Source: Camelus ferus
Taxonomy: Eukaryota
Direction of reading: 5' to 3'
Length of the DNA stretch: 64,000 nt
Assembly (NCBI RefSeq): GCF_009834535.1
Contig: NC_045696.1
Coordinates: 72,108,001-72,172,000, forward strand
Below the pieces are notes generated by a model, which searched no databases, was not told the DNA's origin, and was given only the letters and a program-made list of their open reading frames with translations. Positions 1-12,524 of this stretch are shown in pieces (position 1 is the first letter of the stretch; every line of letters begins with the position of its first letter). The translations under genes and the position numbers were made by a program.

Positions 1-375
1 CACTTTCATTCAACATAGTAGTGGAAGTCCTAAGCAGAACAATTAGGCAAGGAAAAGAAATAACAGGCATCCAAACTGGAAAGAAGTATAATTGTAGACG
101 GTATGGTATTATATATAGAAAACCCTGAAGACCCCACCAAAAAGTATTAAAACTAATGAGCAAGTTCAGTAAAGTTGCAGGATACAAAATCGATATACAG
201 AAATCTGTGGTGTTTCTACATACTAACAACAAACTATCAGAAAGGGAAACTAAGAAAACAATCCCATTTACAATGGAACCAGAAAGAATAAAATACCTAG
301 GAATAAATTTAACCAAGGCAGTGAAAGACCTGTATACTAAAAACTGTAAGACATTGAAGAAAGAAACGGAAGAAA

Positions 376-1121
376 CCATCATCAGAAAGTCTACAAATAA
401 TAAATGCTGGAGAGGGTATGAAGAAAAGGGAACTCTCCTCTATACTGTTGGTGGGCATATAAATTTGGGCAGCCACTATGGAGAACAGTATGAAGGTTCT
501 TTAAAAAACTAACAATAGAGTTACCATATGATTCAAAAATCACACTCTTGGCCATATATCCAGAGGAAATTGTAATTTGAAATGATACATGCACCCCAAT
601 GTTTACAGCAGCACTATGTACAATAGCCAAGATATGGAAACAACCTAAATGTGCACTGACAGATGAGTGGATCAAGAAGATGTGTGTGTACGTACACACA
701 CACACACACACACACTGAAATATTACTAAGCCATAAAAGGGAATGAAATGCCACTTGCAGCAACATGGATGGACCTAGAGATGAAGTGAAGTAAGTCAGA
801 TGGAGAAAGACAAATACCATATGATATCACTTGTATGTGGAATCTAAAAAAAGTGATACAAAAAAACTTACTTACAAAATAGAAACAGACTCACATAGAA
901 AACAAACATGATTACCAAAGGGGAAGGGATAAATTAGGAGTTTAGCATTAACAGATAAACAAGGACCTACTGTATTGCACAGGGAACTACATTCAGTATC
1001 TTATAATAAACTATAATGGAAAAGATTCTGAAAAAGAACATCTTTATCTATATCTATATCTGAATCTCTCTGCTGTATACCAGAAACTAACATATAAACC
1101 AACTATACTTCAATAAAAAAA
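376..1121 (+). mobile_element. 5'-truncated L1 3' end nested in an older L1
   Basis: ORF2 C-terminal sequence (NNKCWRG; atagccaagatatggaaacaacctaaatgt), 3' UTR, ending tacttcaataaaaaaa. Confidence 0.85.
693..715 (+). repeat. (CA)n microsatellite
   Basis: Direct reading; lies inside the L1 3' region. Confidence 0.9.
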
Positions 1122-2999
1122 TTACCATGTGAAATTTTAAAAAATTATTTTGTCATTCTAGAAGAAAGACCTTAAGATCAATAAATAGTACTCTCATGGA
1201 GGCAGATTTGAACTCATTGCAGTGTGAAGCTCTCTGGAATTAAAGTTATCCAACAATAATCCAACCCCCTTCCCCCCAAAAAAAGATACTGAAGAAGACA
1301 CAAATAAATGGAAAGACAATCTATGCTCATGGATTAGAAGAATTAATATTATTAAAACGTCCATACTACCCAAAGCAAATTATAGATTCAATGCAATTCT
1401 CTTCAAAATTCCAATAGCATTTTTCACAGAAAAAGAACAAACAATCCTTTAATTTGTATGGAACCACAAAAGATTCTGAATAGCCAAAGCCATCCTTAGA
1501 AGAAAGAACAAAGCTGTAGGCTTCAGGCTTCCTCACTTCCAACAACATTGCAAAGCTCTAATAGAATAGTATGATATTGGTGTAAAAATACACACAGATC
1601 AATGGAACGGAATAAAGGACCTAGAAATAAACCCACACATATATGGTCAATTAACTTACAATAAAGAGCCAAAAACCTACAATAGGGAAAGGACAGTCTC
1701 TTAATAGTTGGTGTTGGGAGAAACAGACCACTATCTTAGAATCATACATAAAAATTAACTCAAAATGGATTAAAGATTTACATTTAAGTCCTGAAACCAC
1801 CAAAGTCCTAGGAAAAAAATTATGTGGTAAACTCCTTAACATCAGTCTTGGTATTGATTTTTTGGAACTGACACCAAAAGCAAAAAAGTGGGACTACACC
1901 AAACTAAAAAGCTTCTGTGACCAAAGGAAGCCATCAACAAAACGAAACGGCAATCTACAGAATGGGAGAAAATATTTGCAAATCATATATCCAACAAAAA
2001 GTCGAAGCAAGAAAATAAACTATACAATTAAAAAATGAGTAGAGGTTCTGAACAGACATTTTCCCAAAGAAGACATACAGACAGACAACAGGTATATGAA
2101 AAGGTGCTCAACATCACTAATCATCAGGGAAATGCTAGTCAAAACCACAATGTTACCTCACACCTGTTAATGAGAATGGCTATTATCAAAAAGGCAGTAA
2201 GTATTGGTTGACGATGTGGAGAAAAAGGAACACTTGTACATTGTTGGCAGGAAAGTAAATTGGTGTAGCTGTGGAAAGCAATACAGAAGTTCAACCTATG
2301 ATCCAGCAATTCTACTTCTGAGTATTTATCCAAAGAAAATAAAAAAAATTAACTTGAAAAGATATGTGCAAAGCCATGTTCACTGAAGCACCTATGTCCA
2401 CTTACAGTATCTAACATATGGAAACAACCTAAGTTTCCAATGATGGATAGATGGTAAAGAAAATGTACATACATACATACATAAAGGAATATTCAGCCAT
2501 AAAAAATAAGGAAAACTCTGCTATTTGGGACAACATGGATGGACCTTGAGGGTATTATGCTGAGTGAAATAAGTGACATAGAAAGATAAATAACCACATG
2601 AGCCAATTTATATGTGGAATCTAAAACAAAAACAAAAAAACTAAGCGCATGAATTAGAGAACAGCTTGGCAGTTGCTAGAGGCAGGAGCTTAGGGGTGGG
2701 TGAAATAAATGAAGGGGGTTAAAAGGTACAAACTTCTATTTACAGAATAAATCAGTTGTGGGGATGTAATGTACAGTATGGTGACTATAGTTAATACTGT
2801 TTTGCAACTTTGAAAGCTCCTCAGAGAACAGATATTAAAAGTTCTCATAACAAGAAAAAAATTTCTAACTATGTTTGGTGATGGATGTTAACTAGGCTTA
2901 TTAACCATTTCACAATACATACAAATATATCAAATTATGTTATAAATATGAAACTAATGGTATCTGACAATTATATCTTAAGAAAAGTGTGTGGAAAAA

Positions 3000-5900
3000 T
3001 AATCTAGAAAGGAGAAATTATTTACATATGCAGATGAGTCTTATGAACTAAACTGAAATATGGACAAGCTACTAGTAACATATAAAATGTATAGGCATAA
3101 CTTGAGTAAACTAATGAACTATAAAATATATATTAGAAATATTAAAAAAAAAAAAAGACAGCTCCTCTCAAAAAAAACCTCGGGTCCAAATGTTTTTATT
3201 CTACCAAACTTTCAAAATAGTTTAATTCTATTTTATGCAAGTTGTTCCAGAAACCAGAAAACTGGTGGGGGGGGGGGGAGTAGGCTGCGGGAGCAGGGGG
3301 ACTGGGAGGCTTTCCCAGCTCATTCATTGAAATTACTATAATACTGACTCAAAAACAAGGGGAAAAAACAATAAAAAGAGAAATTATAAGCCCATTTATG
3401 TACATAGATGCAAAATCCTAAATAAAGCAATAGTTAAGTGAATCCAACACAGCACTAAAAATAATATATCATGAACAAGCAAGATTTGTGCCAATAATGC
3501 GAGGATTGTTCAATATCAGAAAAATCCATCAATATATTTCTCCATGTTAATAAAATAATGAAAAACATTTTATGATAATTTTAATTGAACCAGAAAAATC
3601 ACTTTGCAAAGTTCAACACCTGTCTATAATTAACTGTTAGTAAACCAGGAATAGAAGGGAATATTCTCAGTAAGGGAAAAGCTATGATGTATACTCAAAC
3701 CCTACAGCATATATTACACTAAATGGGTAAATGTTAGATGAATTCCTTTTAAGAAACGAAATTAGGATATCCTTATTACCAAAAATGTTTAACACAGTAT
3801 TGGAAACCCTAAGGAAAAAGAAGTGAAGGGAATGGAAGGGGGAAAAAATTATATCCTCCAAATATTTAGAAATCAAAACACCTCTAAATAATTCAGGGAT
3901 CAAAGAAGAATCATAAAGGAAAAAAGAAAACATTCTGATATGAGTAACAGTGTAAAGATACAATCTGTGGAATGCATCTGAAGCAATGCCTAGAGGGAAA
4001 TTGTACAGTTTTACTGTCTTTATTAAAAAGAAGTGTTTAGAATCAATTATCGAAACTTCAAAAAAGCCATAAAAGAGCAAATTAAAACCAAAATAGAAAG
4101 AAGGAATAATAAAGATGAGACATAGGGTAATAAAAACAAATGGATAAAATTAACACTGCCAGAAGTTGGTTCTTGGAAAAAAATTAATAAACTTGATTAA
4201 ACCTATAGCAAGACTGGTCAGATTAAAAAGTCAAGAAAAAAGCTACTAATATAAAAAAGGAAAGCAGAAACATTACTACAGATCCCACAGTCAGTATAAG
4301 GATAATTCAAAGAATATTCTGAACAATTTTATGTCAAAAATAGTGGCAATTACCTGAAATGGACAAATTCCTTAGAAGATAAAACTTACCAAATATGACA
4401 AAAGAAGAAATAGAAAATGTGAATAATCCTGTATCTGTTTCAGAGAGTGAATTTGTGATATACAATATTCACCCTTCAACACACAAAAAACCCCAAAAAG
4501 CAAACAAAAAAACCCCTCCAACTCTAGGCCCAGGTAACTTCAATGGTGAATTCTTCAAAAATATTAAAAGAAATAATATCAGCTATCTCATAAACTCTTC
4601 CAAAAAAGAGGGAAAGGACCACTTCCCAAATTGTTTTATGAGGCCAGCATAACCCTAATACCAAATCTGACAAAGATGTTATACGAAAATGAAATTACTG
4701 ATCTATATACTTCATAAGCACAGATACAAAAGCCCCTAACACAATATTAGTATATCAAACAGCAATATATAAAAGGTAACACATCATAACCAAGTGAAAT
4801 TTATTTCAAGGATACGAAGTTGGTTTAACATCTGAAAATCAACCATAGTATGTCACCATGTTAGCAAACTAAAACATAAAAAACTATATGGTCATCTTGA
4901 GTAATGGAGAAAAAGCATTTTCAAAATTCAACACATATGTTTCTCACCATGTCTGTTTAACATTGTACAGGAAGTTCTAGACAGTGCAATAAAATTGTAA
5001 CTAGAGATTAAAGGCACAGATATTGAAAAAATTGAAACAATTCTCAGATGATGTAACTGTGTGCATCATAATCAAAAAGGTTCCACAGAAAAGAAAAAAA
5101 AAAAAAATTTTACTAGACCAGTAAAATGAATTTAGCAAGGTTAAGTTACAAAGTCAAAAGCACAAAAATTGCAGTTATATATGATGCTAATAATTGGAAA
5201 ATAAAAGACAATTCTAGTTACCACAGCACCAAAAACCTTAAAAATTTTAGGAGTTAACGGTCTGCCAGATGTCTACACTGTACAAAACATTCCTGAGAAA
5301 ATAAAGACCTAAAATAAATGGACAGATATACTATGTCCACAGACTAGAAGAGTCTAATAGTTAAATGTCAGTGATTTCCAGATTGCTCAATTCAGAGCAA
5401 TCCAAATCAAAATCAGATCAGGATTAAAAAAATATATAAATTAATCAATTTATTCCAAAATTTATATGGAAATACAAAGTCCTAGGATAGCTAAAACAAT
5501 CGACATCAGAATTGTAGGACTTAGATACCTGATCTCAAAGCTAGACATAAAGCTATAGTAATCAAGACAGTGTGCTACAGGTATAATGATAAGTGAACAG
5601 AGTCCAGAAATAGACCACATTTATATAGCTGGTTAATTTTAAAGGGACACCAAATGAATTAAATGGAGATAGAGGACATTTTCAACAAATGAAGCTAAGC
5701 CAAACAGATACTCTTATCGGAGTTAGGAGGAAGGAAGATCCTCAATCCTTGCCTCATACCATACACAGAAATGAATTTGAGATGGATCATGAACTTAAAC
5801 TTAAGAGCTAAGACTGGAGAGCTTTCACAATGTTCTCCTAGGGCAGTCTACCCAGGCAATAGAAGTGAAAACAAAAATAAATAAATGGGACTTAATTAAA

Positions 5901-8030
5901 CTTATAAGGTTTTGCACAGCAAAGGAAACCGCAAGCAAAACAAAATGACAACCTACAGAATGGGAGAAAATATTTGCTAATGATGTGACTGACAAAGGTT
6001 TAATTTCCAGAATATATAAATAGCTCATACAGCTTAATAACACAAAACCAAACAATCCAATCTAAAAATGAGCAGAAGACCTAACTAAACAAGCAATTCT
6101 CCAATGAAGACATACAAATGGGCAACAGGCACATGAAAAAATGCTCAGTATCACTAATTATTAGAGAAATGCAAATCAAAACTATACTGAGTTATATCAC
6201 CTCACATCAGTCAGAATGGTCATCATTCAAAAGTTCACAAACGATAAATGCTGGAGAGGGTGTGGAGAAAAGGGAACCCTCCTACATTGTTGATGGGAAT
6301 GTAGTTTGCTGCAGTTGTTATGGAAAACAGTATGGAGATTCATCAAAAACTAAAACAGACTTACCATATGATCCAGTAATCCCACTCCTGGGCATATATC
6401 CAGAGGGAACCTTAATTCAAAAAGATACATGCACCCCAATGTTCACAGCAGCACTGGTTACAATAGCCAAGACATGGAAACAACCTAAATGTCCATAGAC
6501 AGATGACTGGATAAAGAAATTGTGATATATTAATACAATAGAATATTACTCAGCCATAAAAAGAATAAAATAATGTCATTTGCAGCAACATGGATGGATT
6601 TGGAGATTGTCATTCTAAATAAAGTAAGCCAGAAAGAGAAGAAAAAAATATCATTATCACTTACATGTGGAATCTAAAAAAAAAAGACAAATCAATATAT
6701 ACAAAACAGAAAGAGACTCACAGACATAGAAAACAAACATGGTTACTAGGGGAGAAGGGGGTGGGAAAGGATAAACTGGGAGTTCGAGATTTGCAGATAC
6801 TAACTCATATATATAAAATAGATAAACAACAAGTTCATACTGTACAGCACAGGGAACAATATTCAGTATCTTGTAACTTATGGTGAAAAAAATTAAAATG
6901 AATATATGTATGTTCATGTATGACGGAAGCATTATGCTGTACATCAGAAATTGACACAACATTGTAAACTGACTATACTTCAACAAAGTGTAAGACTAGA
7001 GTGCTTTCAGAAGAAAACATGGGAAATATCTTCACGAACTTGGGGCTGACAAAATATTCAAATGACACAAAAAGCATACAACTGGAAAGGAAACAAAAAA
7101 AACCCCAGACTTCATCAAAACGAAACACTTCTGCTCCCCAAAGTCACCATTAAAAAAATATACAGGCAGGCCAGACTGGGGGAAAATCCTAGCAGTATAT
7201 ATATCCAACAAAGAACTTACATCCTTATGAAGAGGATTCCAACCATTCTGTAATGAGACAAGTAGCCTAATGAAAAAAATGGCCAGACACCCGAACAGAC
7301 ATTTCAGGAAAAAAAAAAGATAAATTGCCAGTAAGCATATGAAAAGGAGTTAAACATCATTAGTCATGCAAATTAAAATCATGAGATAAAATAGAACAAC
7401 TGGAACTCTCATTATTCCAAACACATAAATACACATAAAATGGCATATACAGTCACTTTGGAAAACTTTTTGGCAGTTTCTCATAAAATTAAATGTAAAC
7501 CTATTTGATGACTCAGCAATTTCACTAGTTATTTAGTAAGAGAAATGAAAACATGCCAATAATGTTCATAATAACTATACTTATAATCACCTCAAATTGT
7601 AAATTGTGCAAATGTGTCCATAAATCAAAGAAAGGATAACTGTGGGATGTTCCTGAAAAGGAACACTACTGAGTAGCAAAAAAAATCCCAAACTATTGAT
7701 ATATGCAACAACACGGAGGAATCGCATAGATGCTGTGAACCACGTCAGATGCAAAAGTAAACATGTAAAATTTCATTTATATGAATTTCAGGAACAGGTA
7801 AAACTAATCTATGACAATAGAAAACAGCAAAAATGGTTGCCAAGGTCAGGAGGAGAGAGAAATATATTTCCTGGAAAGAGGCACAAAGGAACTTCCTGGG
7901 ATGATGAAAAGGTTTTCTATCTGGTTTGGAGTTAGGATTACACAGATGTATACATTTGTTAAAAGTGGCAGAATGTAGTCCTAAAATTGATGCACTTCAC
8001 TATCTACACATTTTACTTGAATACAAACAA
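3000..8030 (+). mobile_element. Old fragmented L1M elements (ORF2 remnants and 3' end)
   Basis: Decayed ORF2 motifs (GPGNFNGEF, FPNCF, gatgcaaaatcctaaataaa) and old L1 3'-end-like sequence at 7500-8030. Confidence 0.8.
5828..6990 (+). mobile_element. Younger 5'-truncated L1 with 19-bp TSD
   Basis: ORF 6118-6498 is the L1 ORF2 C-terminus ([14 protein letters not shown]...[11 protein letters not shown]...WKQPKCP); TSD taagactggagagctttca (5809-5827) / taagactagagtgctttca (6991-7009). Confidence 0.92.
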
Positions 8031-8889
8031 ACTTACCTTAAAAACTAGTATTACAACTCTGACTTATCAGAAGGCTCTGTGCCACTTCCAAAAGGGGCTG
8101 TTCACACAGACATATGACCTTATCTCCACTTACAATAGCTTTGTTCTTTGAGTCAGTTAGCTCTTCAAAATAAAACTTGACCTGTTTTTGAATTCACTAA
8201 ATTTCCTGATGAAATGCTCACAAAATTTTACTTTGTCCTAAATATCTTATTAAGAACCCAATTCATTATGCTGTACAATAAATGTTAAAGACTGAAGTGA
8301 CCCTAAAGATAGTCCAAGCCCTCAACTCCTTTTAAAATAAAAATAGAAGCTTAGATAAACTGACATGTCCAGGATTATGTTATTTCATTTCAGAAATAAA
8401 AACACATATATTATACATTGTCATCCTTTGCAAATACTAACACTTTGGCAAAGACAACAGCTTACCTTTTACACAGATGAAATGATTACATATTTTAATG
8501 GCACCTGAAGCATTAGGAACAATGACTGAATACATTTAAAACATAAATACGTATTTTAAAGAAAGCATTTTCTATTGAACTGAGGCATTTCCAAATTCAC
8601 ATGGCTGGTTTTTCACCAATGATGCAATTTCTAGCTGAAGTGTGTTGGCCTTTATGGTTGGTGCATTTCAATCACACCCCTTTTCAGGAGCTGTACTGAT
8701 AATTTACAAAAGTTGAGTAAAGAAAGAATTTCTAGATTTTTGAAAACATGCAGTGAAAGGCATAATGGCATTTCTGTACTACAACAGAGGGTAAATGTAG
8801 TAAAATTAAAAAAATTGATTCGTGATGAGCAGGGGGAGGCTTAAAATGCATTTAAATAATGGAAAAAGACTCAACTTATAAAAGAAATT

Positions 8890-8895
8890 TTTATT
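8890..8895 (-). terminator. Distal polyadenylation signal AATAAA
   Basis: AATAAA on minus strand, with TGTA elements ~45-55 nt upstream and a T/GT-rich tract downstream. Confidence 0.65.
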
Positions 8896-11149
8896 GGATA
8901 AATATAATTTCATAAACTTTAAAAAATTACTGAGAGCTGTACAATAGGTACACATTTACTGACAATGCAGATAATTTTTAAAGATTATATTAGACAGCCA
9001 CAGTATCTGAGGTCCAAAATTTTAAACTGAGTGTTGCTACAGTATTTCCAGCTACTAATTTCTCATAAAAATCTAACAATCACCATTATTACAAACATAT
9101 CATTAGTTATGATGTATTTTTTGCAGGAATATCATTCAGGTTATCTCACATAAATAGCATTTTAATAATGCTCTATTTTTGTGAAAACAGGTTACTCATT
9201 TCAGGATAGAAAAATATCTCTAAAGGGGGGACCAAAATTAACAGAACATGTTTTACATAACTCTTTGGTGTTTAAGTTTTATTAATACCTGCTTATAAGC
9301 GTATCCCAAATTGATCTTTACAGGAAAAACACAAACATGGATGAATTTTTTTTCCCTCAGCCTTCAATAACTTTCCAGAGAAGTGTATTTTTAAAAACTG
9401 TCGGTATTAATTGTAAATTTTTTAGTGGCCTTGACTCCTGAGTCTCAAGCTTGTAAGTCCAATTTCACAATCTTATGCAGTAAAAATAACCCTGGTCTGA
9501 GTAAAGGTATTCCCTAACTGGGTGATTTGCCTCTGTTTAATCTCCTTCCTACTCAGGATAGTGCCAGAGTTTGAATCAGGTCTTTGAAGCCTTTGGCTAT
9601 CAGGGAGAAGATGACCCAAAGAGGAGAGGCTAGTTAAGAGAAATTCAAACTAAATTCTCCCCTTTTTTCTTGTCAACTCCACAGCAAGCCTGGGGAGCTA
9701 CAGTTCTTCTGGCCTACACCCTACTCCTCCTAGGGTGAGTTTACTAATGCTTGCTAAAGCTGAGGCAGGGTGCGGAGTCACCTAAAGTGGCTGATGGACG
9801 ATTCTGAAAACTGACTTGGTGCTTGCTACTTACTATCTCCAAGGCTACAGCCTTCCGGCTAGGCAAAAGCAAGCAAGTGAGGCAAATAGATTTGAGATCA
9901 CTAATTAACTAGCAATAACACATGTAGCATCGTACCCTGGTTTTGGCAGATAACAGTAAGTTCATTATCAACATCATACTTTCCAAAGAATTTTAAAGAA
10001 ATACGCAAAGGGGAAAATTTCTGATTACTCATTAGGTAGTAATAGCTTTACAATAAGAATATTAACACTAGAAAATGATTGGAAACTTGAGGATAACACT
10101 GTCACTTTCTTAAATAAATAGAAAACCTCTTTCTTGAAATTACAAGATAATCTTCTAAATGGAGCAGGTTTTGAACAGAGTAGGATGAGCATATCAGGGG
10201 ATGCTATTATCTTTCTTTCAGAGACAAAGTTCTTAAATAAATTCAAATAGTAAATGCAGAAAATTGCATCAATCACATCTTAAGCACCATATAAGCTAGC
10301 TGACCCCTTTGCCTTGCTGCAGTTGGTCAGAGACTGCTTGCAGTCCTCTCCTAGTGTTAGCAGTTTAGCTGATGGCAAATAAACACAAGGCAGATGTAAT
10401 GCAAGGTACTTAATGTCACTTTGTTACATGAACATTTTATAAGACATTCTAAGAAAAAGCAAATTCTGTATTATTTTCCACTAACTACTGAGTATTTTCT
10501 GGAATACTTCCTCTTCTGGAACATGAATTGGTGAGGGTACACATGGTATATTTTATTATTCTGTTAATGTATTTCCAGAATAACAGTAACTTCCTAAACC
10601 CAATTTTGGAATGTCCAACTTAAAGAAGAGCTATTAATGAAAATTAGTATTTAGGATGACATTCATAACCTAACATCCTTGCATTATTGAAACATATAAA
10701 TGTTATATTAGCAAGAAAATAGTTTACCAGTAGACAAAGGTAAGGTCTTAATTCTACCATTCTTTCCCTACCAGCCCAGTTCCAGAAGTCTTATATTCAT
10801 GAAATGGGAAAGGGGTAGAGGGTTGTGCAATAAATTTACAAAAAGGAATCATATTCTGAAGGAAAAGTGTTGGCAAAACCTTACTGAGCCATTTTCATAC
10901 AATTTTGAATGTATATGTACACAATTATTACATGCTTAGAGCTGGGTAATAGTTCTTAAACCAATAATCATTTTCAAATTTTAAAACATTACTTTTTATC
11001 AAAACAAATAAAAACACTGGATCTACATGATAAATTCAGGATGGAAATCAATTACTGAAGTGCAGTGAGTTAATGGCAGTAACTGCATACCCCATTGTTT
11101 TTAGCATTTATATGTATTGCAGTCATTACCCATAAAATTTAGCATTTTG

Positions 11150-11791
11150 GACTTTGTTTCATTTACATTCTATACCCACATCTGAAAATGTACCTTATAA
11201 TGAGACACTGGGCAGATTTCACTTTACTGTGGTAGTCTGCTATAACTTAGACAACATATACTAACCTAAAAATAACAGGATTCTCATCTGAAATCCTTTA
11301 TTCTAAAAGCTAGCTTACTGAAAGGCAAGAGCAATTCTAAGCTAGCTATAGAAAGAGGCTCTTCTCAAATTTTACTTAGTTGCCCTAAACTTTTGATTTG
11401 TATAATTTAAAGTATTTGCAATATTTAAATACTGTCCAAACTTGCTTTTTATTGATATAGTTGAACTTAACAACAGTATCATAAAATACTATAAACAGAG
11501 TCTTCAGATAGAAGAAAAAAAGCAAATTTAAATATATTAACCAGATTAAAGCATGCAAAAGATCCAACTAGATAAACACATGAAATAATAATAATAATAA
11601 TTCACCCACTATAGGTTCTTTATACTGTCACAAAAATAGTAAACATCAATTTGAAATCTGGTGAATGGACTTGATTCCTGATTTATATGTAAGATATGAT
11701 ATATCCTTTGCATGTATATAGTTAGACTTTGTTTCATTTACATTCTATACCCACATCTGAAAACATACCTTATAATGAGACACCGGGCAGA
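11150..11791. repeat. Dispersed 67-bp direct repeat (11150-11216 and 11725-11791)
   Basis: gactttgtttcatttacattctatacccacatctgaaaa..taccttataatgagacac.gggcaga; 64/67 identical by manual comparison. Confidence 0.92.
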
Positions 11792-12442
11792 CTGTTACAG
11801 TACATTTAGAGAAATTTTGGTACCGGTATATACTTACTACCCATAATGCAGGAAATAATGGTTGGAAATGCATTCTCCTAATTTGCTCTGGGAACTTAGA
11901 AAGCATTAATGAATTAGCAACATGGGTCACTGAGGGACCAAAATTCCTTACTATTCACATTAACTTTTCCCATGAAAAGCTTCAAATATAACTCTAATAA
12001 AAAAATAGAGTTTTCAAGGCAAACTTCAGCATAATTTACAGAAGCAGATTTAAATAGAAGACTCAATAACCAAGCTAATACTAAAAAATACAATTAACCA
12101 GGAATTACCTCTTTTTTACCTTGATATTAAAATATAGTGGCCTTAGCAAGAGGCTGAAATGCCATTAAGAGTCCCATAAGCACATGAGACAATCCAGATA
12201 AAGAGATGAAAAATGTCTCTTTATTCACAAATTTTAACATGTTCAGATTTAAATTAAAGGGAGCTGAGAGGGGTGCATGTTAATGATTTTTGTTTGCTTG
12301 CCATTATAACTTTGAGTGGGTATGAACTATTCCAGAGATGTCAGAAACTAATTCTGCAGAGCTAGTGTGGCCATTACCAGGATGCTCACACTGAGTTTTA
12401 GGAAAGGAGTTGAAATGGCTCCCACAAAGTACTACTGCCCCT

Positions 12443-12524
12443 TTAACAAGTAGATGAGTCCATTGTGGAGAGAGTCAAGATGCTCCTGTCGTTGGTATAG
12501 AAAGGATCCGGTGCACTCCATGAT
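12443..12524 (-). CDS. ATP11B: ATP11B last exon, coding part (82 nt incl. TAA)
   Basis: [29 protein letters not shown] acceptor with T-rich tract. Confidence 0.94.

Larger units (their letters stand above)
1..2985 (+). mobile_element. Degenerate L1 (ORF2 3' part and 3' UTR, L1MA-like) interrupted by a younger L1
   Basis: ORF 156-512 matches L1 ORF2 (FSKVAGYKIDIQKS...IKYLGINLTK); ORF2 resumes at ~1281; L1 3' UTR-like sequence at 2400-2980. Confidence 0.88.
8870..12442 (-). other. ATP11B: ATP11B 3' UTR (~3.6 kb; distal end inferred)
   Basis: AT-rich stretch after the stop, with no interspersed repeats that I could recognise, ending at AATAAA 8890-8895. Confidence 0.7.

Noticed and set aside
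156..7935. Cluster of 60-130 aa ORFs on both strands
   Set aside because: Frameshifted L1 ORF2 or 3' UTR remnants and their antisense frames; no independent gene
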